From: Bacteroidota bacterium
Lineage (GTDB): Bacteria > Bacteroidota > Bacteroidia > Flavobacteriales > Flavobacteriaceae
Assembly: GCA_024280145.1 (NCBI GenBank)
Contig: JAJRQR010000028.1
Location: 5,734 to 69,733, forward strand
Reading direction: 5' to 3'
DNA: 64,000 bases
Position numbers and translations under genes: made by a program. The notes below the pieces were generated by a model. It was not told the DNA's origin and did no database searches. It saw only the letters and a program-made list of their open reading frames with translations. Numbering within the stretch: position 1 is the stretch's first letter; every line of letters begins with the position of its first letter. This document shows positions 51,975 to 60,062 of the stretch, piece after piece.

Positions 51975-54956
51975 ATTAATATCAAATATTTTTCAATAAT
52001 ATTACTTATACTATTCTCTTCTACATTTTGTATAGGACAAAAGGCATCTATTTCAGATTCATTACAAAATAGAATTAATAATGAAAAAAATATAGATACT
52101 ATTATTAAAATCTATGAAGATGAATTTCACACCTTATTAGATACTAGTAATGATGATGTTCTTCAAATCTCGCAATCTCTAATTGAATATGGTAAAACAA
52201 ACAAATGCGATATTTGTTTGGCAAAAGCATACTATTTAGAAGGCTATTTTTATTATTTAAAAGGAGAAAGTGATAAAGCAATAAAAAAAGCAAAGGAATC
52301 GTTTTCATTAGTTTCTCAACTTAACGATAGTAAATTAGAAGGAGAGTCATTACAATTATTAATAGGTACTTACTTTACTGTAAACAAATATACTGAAGCA
52401 GAAAAATTTGCTTTATTATTAGCAGAAAAAAGCAGAAACAATAAAGAAACAGCATATTTTGAAATTATTGCTGATGTTTTTCTTGGGTTGATTAACGATG
52501 AATTAAACTATTATAATTTATCGATTCTTTATTATCAAAAAGCAGATTCGATAAATAATGCACTTCAGCCCGAGAATTTTCAGAACTACAAAGGTGCGAT
52601 TTACGGAAATACCTTTATTGTATTCTTAAAATTAAAAGATTATGAAAAGGCAGAAAAATACCTAAATAAAGCTAAAAAACTTCATACAGATAAAAACTCA
52701 GAACAATACAATATTGTAAAGCAAAATTATGGTTATTTAGAAGTTGAACGAGAAAATTATCAAGTTGCCTTAGATATATTAATTAAAACCAAGCAGTATT
52801 TTAAAACAAAAAACGAATTATATCATCAAGGAGAATCTTCCTTTTTATTAGGTCGAGCATATTTTGGACTAGCAGATTATACTTTGGCAAAAAATAATTT
52901 TAATGAATCTCTAGAGATATTTCAAACTATTGGCGATTCATTAAGTATTGGATTAAGTCATAAATATTTAGGAGACACCTATTTAAACAACCCAACAAAT
53001 TTTCAAAATGCAAAAACAAATTTAACTAAAGCACTATATATTTTTAACAACTTAGATTCCTATGACAATCAAATTAACGCCCTACAATCGCTTTCAAAAT
53101 TAATGCAACTAAAAAACAATTATAAAGAAGCATTTAAATATCAAAAAAGAAAAGATAGTATTAATAATGTATTTCAAAAATTAATTAGACAACGTAATAT
53201 TTATGAAATTGAAACACAATTTCAAACCAAACAAAAAGAAAAGGAAATTGTAATTTTAAAAACACAAGGAGAGTTATTAGAACAACAAAAGAAAAGCCAA
53301 CTCTATTTACTTTTGACTGGAGTATTTGTTTTATTAGTTTCTGGTGTTTTCATGTTTTTTCAATACAAAAGCAAAATAAAAACCAACAAAAATCTCAGAG
53401 AATTAGACGAAGTAAAATCTAATTTTTTCACTAACATCTCTCACGAGTTCCGAACACCACTAACACTTATAAAAGGCCCCATAAATTTACAATTAAAGAA
53501 AAAAGAACTTCAACCAGGAGATCGAGAAAACTTTGAAATGATTAATAGAAATACCGATAGACTGCTTTATTTGGTGGATCAAATATTAAATATTTCAAAA
53601 ATTGAATCTGGAAATTTATCTTTAAATATTTCAAAAAACTATTTACTACCATTTGTTGGCACCTTAATAGATGGGTTTTCATTTTTGGCTAAAGAAAAAA
53701 ACGTAACGATAACAAACATCTCATCTGACACTAATATTGAAACCTGGTTTGATATATCTTTTGTTGAAAACATTGTTCTAAACTTAATGTCCAATGCTTT
53801 AAAATACACTCCAAAAGACGGTTTTATTTTAACGCATTCACTTATCAAAAATAACCAATTGTATTTCGAAATTAAAAACACAGGAGTCCCATTATCTAAA
53901 GAGGAGCTGGATTCTATTTTTAACCGTTTTTATCAAACAAACACAAATAACAGAGGTATTGGATTAGGATTGGCACTGGTTAAAGAACTTGTTCAGGCAC
54001 ATAAAGGGACTATGACTATTTCTAATGAAAAAGATAAATGGACAGTTTTTAAAGTGCGTTTTCCAATTAATAAAGAAGCTTATATACTTAATGAAATTAA
54101 CTCAAATTCAGATACAAATACGGTTATTTCAAAAATTAACCCTCCAACTGAAAACGATTTCATTCATTTAGATGATGATGATTTAATTTACGAAGAAACA
54201 AATCCAACTTTATTAATAGTTGACGATAATACAGATATTTTACAATTTGTTTCAAGTTTATTTACAAATTCATTTACCATTTTAACTGCTAAAGATGGAG
54301 AGGAAGGTGAACTTAAAGCTTTTAAGTACATTCCAGACCTTATAATTAGTGATGTAATGATGCCAATAAAAGATGGCTTTGAACTTTGTAATTCGCTAAA
54401 AACAGATCAGCGCACCAGTCATATTCCAATTATATTATTAACTGCAAAAGCTGGAGATGAAAATGAATTTGTTGGAATAGAAAATGGTGCTGATGATTAT
54501 ATTACAAAACCATTTAATGACGAACTCTTAAAATTAAAAGTAAAAAAACTTCTTGAAACTCGAAAAAAACTACAAGAACATTTTAGTCAAGAGCTTATTT
54601 TAATTCCAAAGAATATTGAAATAAATACGACTGAAGAAACCTTCTTAAGAAACATTCAGTCTATTTTAAATAATAACTTAATTGAACCCGATTTTTCAAT
54701 TGAAAAATTTAGCAAAGCTGTTGGCTTAAGCAGGATGCAATTACATAGAAAATTAAAAGCACTCACTGGTTATTCTGCTTCAGAATTTATAAGAACACAA
54801 CGTTTAAAACTGGCAGCTCAATTATTAATACAATCCAATATTAACATTTCACAAGTAGGCTATAGTGTTGGTTTTAATGATCACGCTTATTTTAGTAAAT
54901 GTTTTAAAAAAGAATTCAACTGTAGCCCAACAGAATATGCAAAAAAGCATAAATAG
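51975..54956 (+). CDS. Hybrid two-component regulator: TPR sensor, TM, HisKA, HATPase, REC, AraC HTH; start uncertain and non-canonical
   Basis: ISHEFRTPLTL, NLMSNALKY, GIGLGLALVK, IVDDN...SDVMMP and VGFNDHAYFSKCFK. Frame is open upstream of TTG 52218 to 51954 and encodes a signal-like segment. Confidence 0.88.
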   Translation: MNIKYFSIILLILFSSTFCIGQKASISDSLQNRINNEKNIDTIIKIYEDEFHTLLDTSNDDVLQISQSLIEYGKTNKCDICLAKAYYLEGYFYYLKGESDKAIKKAKESFSLVSQLNDSKLEGESLQLLIGTYFTVNKYTEAEKFALLLAEKSRNNKETAYFEIIADVFLGLINDELNYYNLSILYYQKADSINNALQPENFQNYKGAIYGNTFIVFLKLKDYEKAEKYLNKAKKLHTDKNSEQYNIVKQNYGYLEVERENYQVALDILIKTKQYFKTKNELYHQGESSFLLGRAYFGLADYTLAKNNFNESLEIFQTIGDSLSIGLSHKYLGDTYLNNPTNFQNAKTNLTKALYIFNNLDSYDNQINALQSLSKLMQLKNNYKEAFKYQKRKDSINNVFQKLIRQRNIYEIETQFQTKQKEKEIVILKTQGELLEQQKKSQLYLLLTGVFVLLVSGVFMFFQYKSKIKTNKNLRELDEVKSNFFTNISHEFRTPLTLIKGPINLQLKKKELQPGDRENFEMINRNTDRLLYLVDQILNISKIESGNLSLNISKNYLLPFVGTLIDGFSFLAKEKNVTITNISSDTNIETWFDISFVENIVLNLMSNALKYTPKDGFILTHSLIKNNQLYFEIKNTGVPLSKEELDSIFNRFYQTNTNNRGIGLGLALVKELVQAHKGTMTISNEKDKWTVFKVRFPINKEAYILNEINSNSDTNTVISKINPPTENDFIHLDDDDLIYEETNPTLLIVDDNTDILQFVSSLFTNSFTILTAKDGEEGELKAFKYIPDLIISDVMMPIKDGFELCNSLKTDQRTSHIPIILLTAKAGDENEFVGIENGADDYITKPFNDELLKLKVKKLLETRKKLQEHFSQELILIPKNIEINTTEETFLRNIQSILNNNLIEPDFSIEKFSKAVGLSRMQLHRKLKALTGYSASEFIRTQRLKLAAQLLIQSNINISQVGYSVGFNDHAYFSKCFKKEFNCSPTEYAKKHK

Positions 54957-54999
54957 CAAGACCTTAATAGTAATTTACAATCAATAACCAAACTATTAA

Positions 55000-55041
55000 T
55001 GTTACATACGAAATAGCATTTGTTACACTCGTCATATCTTT
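55000..55041 (+). promoter_or_regulatory. Tandem 21-bp direct repeat, putative AraC-type operator
   Basis: TGTTACATACGAAATAGCATT / TGTTACACTCGTCATATCTTT, 15 of 21 identical; weak -7 element TAATTTTA at 55058-55065. Confidence 0.7.
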
Positions 55042-55093
55042 AGTTTTATATAGAGTTTAATTTTACACCATTATTAACTAAAAAACTTTAATT

Positions 55094-56197
55094 ATGAAAA
55101 AAATTACTACAATGCTGTTTTTAATGTTATGCTTAACATTAACAGCACAAGACAAAATTTATGTGCACACTGCTACAGCGGCTAACATTTCTGGACACAT
55201 AACGTACATTGATCACCCAGACCTAAATGGAAACCCTAATGCTGGAATTGTTTACAGCCATGTTTGGAATCCAAATGGAACTGTTGGAGTATATAACAAC
55301 AACATAGATGGTTTATGGTATGATGGTCCTCAATGGGCTATTTTTAATGAAGATACCGCTATAAATATGGTTGAAGGCGCTCAATTTTTTATCTATATTG
55401 CTTCAGACCCAAGTGATGTAATAACACACATTTCTACAGCAGCAAATCAAGGAACAGATGGTAGTTATACAACAGAAATTGATGATGCAAATTTTAACAA
55501 CGCAGACCCAGGACCCTATGCGATAATTTCAAATTATTGGAATCCAAATGCTGTTTACAATACACATCTCTATAGTTTTTATTATGATGATGTAACTAAT
55601 AGAAGAGGGTTTTATAATAGAGATTTTGACCCAATTCCAGATGGGGCAGCTTTTAAAATATTGGTAAACGGTGCTGGTGTATCACGATTTACACATACAA
55701 CAGATGCAACTAATAATAATTCAAACTGGACAATTCTAGATCATCCAGATTTAAATGGTAATCCAAATGCAACTTTTGTATTTTCTCATTATTGGGGATT
55801 AAGCGGTAATGCTGGAGACATAGGAAACACAAAATTAAGCGCTTGGTATGACGGAAACAATTGGGCTATCTATCTTGAAGACAATACGTTAACAATGAAC
55901 ACAGGAATCTCTTTTGATATTATTGTTGCATCACAAGAAATACTAGGGAACAATGACATTGCTATTGAAAGCAATTTGTTAATGTATCCAAACCCTGCAA
56001 CAAATCTAACAACAATTACAAGTTTACAAGAAATATCAAATCTTCAAATTTTTAATATTTTAGGGCAAGAAGTTCAAAATATATCAGGAAAAGGAAAGTC
56101 AATGCAGCTTGACATTTCAACTCTTGAAACAGGGACCTATTTTGTGAAAATTGAAACAGAATTTGGAACTGATTCATTAAAACTTATCAAACAATAA
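55094..56197 (+). CDS. T9SS type-A cargo with three internal H..T..N..T.IDHP.LNGNPNA repeats
   Basis: Signal peptide; three repeats of about 90 aa; CTD MYPNPA...IFNILGQ...GTYFVK...KLIKQ. Confidence 0.9.
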   Translation: MKKITTMLFLMLCLTLTAQDKIYVHTATAANISGHITYIDHPDLNGNPNAGIVYSHVWNPNGTVGVYNNNIDGLWYDGPQWAIFNEDTAINMVEGAQFFIYIASDPSDVITHISTAANQGTDGSYTTEIDDANFNNADPGPYAIISNYWNPNAVYNTHLYSFYYDDVTNRRGFYNRDFDPIPDGAAFKILVNGAGVSRFTHTTDATNNNSNWTILDHPDLNGNPNATFVFSHYWGLSGNAGDIGNTKLSAWYDGNNWAIYLEDNTLTMNTGISFDIIVASQEILGNNDIAIESNLLMYPNPATNLTTITSLQEISNLQIFNILGQEVQNISGKGKSMQLDISTLETGTYFVKIETEFGTDSLKLIKQ

Positions 56198-56220
56198 TTT
56201 TATATGTGATTTTATTTTTT

Positions 56221-56252
56221 AATTAGGCTTCAGTTTTTGAAGCCTAATTTTT
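56221..56252 (+). terminator. Intrinsic terminator
   Basis: AATTAGGCTTCA-GTTTT-TGAAGCCTAATT followed by Ts. Confidence 0.85.
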
Positions 56253-56292
56253 CAAAATATTCATTTTTTTTGTTATCCTGAAAACCTCTCTA

Positions 56293-56442
56293 ATGAATAA
56301 AAATAGACTTACTGGATCTATTGACCGTCTAAATTCTTTCAATATTTCAATAAATATTAATTACTTAGAAAAAGGAGTTTACAAATTAAAAATTATTCAT
56401 AAAAACAAAATTATAAAGAAAGTATCTTTTATTAAAGAATAA
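56293..56442 (+). CDS. 49-aa small ORF resembling the distal half of a T9SS type-A CTD (not in the ORF track)
   Basis: MNKNRLTGSIDRLNSFNISININYLEKGVYKLKIIHKNKIIKKVSFIKE; lies between two terminators. Confidence 0.6.
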   Translation: MNKNRLTGSIDRLNSFNISININYLEKGVYKLKIIHKNKIIKKVSFIKE

Positions 56443-56475
56443 AAAAAATCCGAAGCTAATTAACTTCGAATTTTT
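56441..56475. terminator. Bidirectional terminator overlapping the lipB stop
   Basis: AAAAAAAATCCGAAG-CTAATTAA-CTTCGAATTTTT. Confidence 0.7.
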
Positions 56476-57172
56476 GCTTTAATTCTGCTTCAAAAAGTTC
56501 AGAAAAATGATGGAGTAGTTTTTGTTTTACCTCTTCAATAGGAATTTCTTTTTTACCTAACTCTACGTTTAATGAAGTCACTGTTTTTCCTTTTATTCCA
56601 CAGGGAATCATATGGTCAAAATAGCCCAAATTGGCATTTACATTTAATGCAAAACCGTGCATCGTTACCCAACGACTAGCACGCACTCCAAAAGCGCAAA
56701 TCTTTCTTGCAAAGGGTGTTCCTACATCAAACCACACTCCTGTTTCACCTTTGGATCGTTCTGCTTTTAAACCGTATTCAGCAAGGGTTCTAATCACCAT
56801 TTCTTCTAAAAAACGAAGGTATTTATGAATGTCGGTAAAAAAGTTTTCTAAATCTAAAATCGGATAACCAACAATCTGTCCTGGACCGTGATAAGTAATA
56901 TCTCCTCCCCGATTATTTTTGTAGAAGGTGGCTCCAATTTCAGTGAGTTTTTCTTCGGAAATCAGCAGGTTATCAATATCGCCACTTTTTCCTAAAGTAT
57001 AAACGTGAGGATGCTCTACATAAAGAAAATAATTAGGGGTTTCTATAGAAAGTTCTTCTCTTCGGTTTTTAATTTTAATATCAATAACACTCTTAAAAAG
57101 CTGTTCTTGATATTCCCAAGTTTCTTTATAATCCTTAAGACCTAATTCTTGTATTTCAACTAATTTATTCAA
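56456..57172 (-). CDS. lipB: Lipoyl(octanoyl) transferase
   Basis: EHPHVYTLG, RGGDITYHGPGQ, RKICAFG, HGFALN and PCGI. Confidence 0.97.
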   Translation of the reverse strand: MNKLVEIQELGLKDYKETWEYQEQLFKSVIDIKIKNRREELSIETPNYFLYVEHPHVYTLGKSGDIDNLLISEEKLTEIGATFYKNNRGGDITYHGPGQIVGYPILDLENFFTDIHKYLRFLEEMVIRTLAEYGLKAERSKGETGVWFDVGTPFARKICAFGVRASRWVTMHGFALNVNANLGYFDHMIPCGIKGKTVTSLNVELGKKEIPIEEVKQKLLHHFSELFEAELKQKFEVN

Positions 57173-57175
57173 AGA

Positions 57176-57922
57176 TTATTTTTCCAATTTAACCTCCAAA
57201 TCCAATACATCTGGATTTTTAATAGACTCCACAAAAGAGCGTTCAAACTCAATGGTTTTGCCATCTGAAGAATACAAAGCATCATCGACTGAAGCGCTTT
57301 TAATTTTACGAGGAAATGTATATTTAATCTTATAAGTCATCGCGCCCATAAACGACTCAACGGAAGCCATACTATCAACTTGAGCCTTGTGTTTTTCAAC
57401 ATCAATAATGTAAGCATCTCTTTTAAAAACTCCTTTTTTATAAGAATAACGAACCCCTACATTATTATCGCTTCCATCTTCTTCTTCACTTTCATTATTA
57501 TCATCTCCACCCATACTTGGCATTACATCATCCATTTCATCAAAAGCTTTCATTAAATCGTTAGCTTCAGAAACATTCTTAAATTCGTTAAATATATCAA
57601 CAATCATTTTGTTTTCTTCAGGATCCATATTCATGTGAATACTATAATTTTCTAAAGCTTTTAGTTTTTTTTGCTCTTCTGCAGACAATTTCGAAATACT
57701 ATCTTTTTTCTCTTCAAACATTTCTTTAAAAGATATAATCGTATCTGTTTTTACCATGGTAGAATCTTTTCCCATATCTCCCATCATTCCCATCATTTCA
57801 CCCAAATCCATACTAATGGTCATTCTTCCAGAACCATCTTCATTTAAAACCATTGTTTCAGTAAACTGACAACTAATCAAGGTGAAACTTACTACTAATA
57901 AGGTAATAATTTTGCGTAACAT
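57176..57922 (-). CDS. Hypothetical lipoprotein
   Basis: Lipobox LISC; LNEDGSG and YTFPRKI; in an operon with lipB. Confidence 0.8.
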   Translation of the reverse strand: MLRKIITLLVVSFTLISCQFTETMVLNEDGSGRMTISMDLGEMMGMMGDMGKDSTMVKTDTIISFKEMFEEKKDSISKLSAEEQKKLKALENYSIHMNMDPEENKMIVDIFNEFKNVSEANDLMKAFDEMDDVMPSMGGDDNNESEEEDGSDNNVGVRYSYKKGVFKRDAYIIDVEKHKAQVDSMASVESFMGAMTYKIKYTFPRKIKSASVDDALYSSDGKTIEFERSFVESIKNPDVLDLEVKLEK

Positions 57923-57928
57923 ATTTTA

Positions 57929-58084
57929 TTATTTAGGATTATTAATAATGATGAGAGCAGCAATTACACCTGGAATCCAGCCACATAAAGTTAAAATAAA
58001 AACGATAATTACAGAACCACAACCTTTATCCAACACTGCTAAAGGCGGAAAAACGATTGATAAAATTACTCTCCAAATACTCAT
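57929..58084 (-). CDS. YqaE/Pmp3-family small membrane protein (not in the ORF track)
   Basis: MSIWRVILSIVFPPLAVLDKGCGSVIIVFILTLCGWIPGVIAALIIINNPK with PPLAV and GWIPG motifs; TAACTTTG at 58091-58098. Confidence 0.9.
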   Translation of the reverse strand: MSIWRVILSIVFPPLAVLDKGCGSVIIVFILTLCGWIPGVIAALIIINNPK

Positions 58085-58214
58085 AAAACGCAAAGTTACA
58101 AATTAATACTGGCCTATAAGTATGACTAAGAATGTAATTGTTACAACAATGTCAGAACTATTGGTTAAGCCATAGTTTGTCAGTATCTTTACGCCTTATT
58201 TTTAGACCATATTT

Positions 58215-59906
58215 ATGCAATTATCCGAACAAGAACTCGTACGAAGAGAAAAACTCACTCAATTAAGAGCCCTAGGTATTAATCCTTATCCAGCAGAATT
58301 ATTTACAGTTGACACCATGACAACGGAAATAAAACAGGATTTTAAGGAAGGAAAAAAAGTGATAATTGCCGGAAGATTAATGTCTCGTCGAATTCAAGGA
58401 AAGGCTTCATTTGCTGAATTACAGGATGCTGAAGGAAGAATACAAGTGTATTTTAATCGTGATGAAATCTGTCCTGGAGAAGATAAAGTACAGTACAATG
58501 ATGTCTATAAAAAATTACTAGATATAGGTGATTTCATTGGTATTGAAGGCGAATTATTCACTACCAACGTAGGCGAAAAAACAGTAAAAGTTAAAAACTT
58601 TAAACTACTTTCAAAATCATTAAAGCCATTACCACTTCCAAAAACCGATAGTGAAGGAAATACCTTTGATGAATTTAACAATCCTGAACTGCGGTACCGT
58701 CAGCGTTATGCGGACTTGGTAGTAAACCCACAAGTAAAAGAAGTATTTATAAAGCGTACTAAATTGTTTACAGCAATGCGCACCTTTTTTAATGAACGTG
58801 GTTATTTTGAGGTAGAAACTCCAATTCTACAATCAATTCCTGGAGGTGCTGCTGCTAGACCTTTTCAAACGCATCACAATTCGTTGGACATTCCTATGTT
58901 TATGAGAATTGCTTGCGAATTGTATTTAAAAAAATTAATAGTAGGTGGATTTGACGGAGTGTATGAATTTGCAAAAACCTTCCGTAATGAAGGAATGGAC
59001 AGAACGCACAATCCAGAATTTACCATGATGGAAATCTATGTGGCTTACAAAGATTACAATTGGATGATGGATCTTACCGAGCAGTTGTTAGAGTTCTGTG
59101 CTACGGAAGTAAACGGAAGTTCAAAAACCATATTCGGAGAACACGAAATAGAATTTAAAGCTCCTTATGCAAGAGTAACGATGGCGGAAGCGATTGAAAA
59201 TTTTACGGGTTTTGATATTTCAGGAAAATCGGAAGATGAAATAAGAACTGCAGCTCAAGAAATGGGAATTGAAGTAGATGAAACGATGGGCAAAGGAAAA
59301 CTTATCGATGAAATTTTTGGCGAAAAATGTGAAGCCAATTACATTCAACCTACCTTTATTACTGACTATCCAAAAGAGATGAGTCCTTTAACAAAAGAGC
59401 ATCGTACCAATCCAGAATTAACCGAACGTTTCGAGTTAATTATCTGCGGAAAAGAATTAGCGAATGCTTATTCTGAGTTAAACGACCCAATTGACCAACG
59501 CGAACGTTTTGAAGATCAAGTAAAATTAGCAGGCCGTGGTGATGATGAAGCAACCGAATTTATAGATCAAGATTTTTTAAGGGCTTTAGAATACGGAATG
59601 CCACCAACTTCAGGAATGGGCATTGGGATGGATCGTTTCATCATGTTTTTAACCAATAATGCTTCTATTCAAGAAGTACTTTTCTTCCCGCAAATGAAAC
59701 CCGAAGTTAAGCAGGTAGCTATGAGCGATGATGAAAAGGTAGTCTTTAATATACTGAAAGCAAATTCTCCTATCGATTTGGTAGAGCTAAAAACCCAATC
59801 AGGATTAAGAAATAAAAAATGGGATAAAACCATTAAAGGCTTAACAAAACACAGTGTAGCTAAGGTGAATAAGACCGATGATGGTTTGTTTGTAGAAGTG
59901 GTTTAA
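58215..59906 (+). CDS. lysS: Lysine--tRNA ligase (class II) with short C-terminal extension
   Basis: RYRQRY, GGAAARPF, FRNEG...HNPEFT, ERFEL and YGMPPTSG. Confidence 0.97.
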   Translation: MQLSEQELVRREKLTQLRALGINPYPAELFTVDTMTTEIKQDFKEGKKVIIAGRLMSRRIQGKASFAELQDAEGRIQVYFNRDEICPGEDKVQYNDVYKKLLDIGDFIGIEGELFTTNVGEKTVKVKNFKLLSKSLKPLPLPKTDSEGNTFDEFNNPELRYRQRYADLVVNPQVKEVFIKRTKLFTAMRTFFNERGYFEVETPILQSIPGGAAARPFQTHHNSLDIPMFMRIACELYLKKLIVGGFDGVYEFAKTFRNEGMDRTHNPEFTMMEIYVAYKDYNWMMDLTEQLLEFCATEVNGSSKTIFGEHEIEFKAPYARVTMAEAIENFTGFDISGKSEDEIRTAAQEMGIEVDETMGKGKLIDEIFGEKCEANYIQPTFITDYPKEMSPLTKEHRTNPELTERFELIICGKELANAYSELNDPIDQRERFEDQVKLAGRGDDEATEFIDQDFLRALEYGMPPTSGMGIGMDRFIMFLTNNASIQEVLFFPQMKPEVKQVAMSDDEKVVFNILKANSPIDLVELKTQSGLRNKKWDKTIKGLTKHSVAKVNKTDDGLFVEVV

Positions 59907-59952
59907 TACCGCTTTGTCATTCCTTGCTTGACACAGAATCTATAAAACTAAT

Positions 59953-59982
59953 AAAAGGAATTACAGCTTAGTAATTCCTTTT
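59953..59982 (+). terminator. Terminator after lysS
   Basis: AAAAGGAATTAC-AGCTTA-GTAATTCCTTTT. Confidence 0.85.
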
Positions 59983-60062
59983 GTATTTAAAACAGTTTTA
60001 AATAAGCCGCTAAACTTTCATAATAAAATCAAAATTGTATTTTAGGCGAAAATTTTACCCAA

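Noticed and set aside
1626-56828. Numerous short ORFs overlapping known genes (e.g. 3918..4253, 4503..4844, 15609..15989, 20289..20687, 42060..42500, 53639..53881)
   Set aside because: They lie antisense or out of frame within well-supported genes and show no recognisable motifs.
57882-58106. 74-aa plus-strand ORF
   Set aside because: Antisense shadow of the Pmp3/YqaE gene.
58120-58146. TGTAA-TTG-TTACA palindrome / TGTAAC...GTCATAC as a second ECF promoter or operator
   Set aside because: Spacing differs from the ECF promoter at 26826 and there is only one TGTTACA half-site; too weak in AT-rich DNA.
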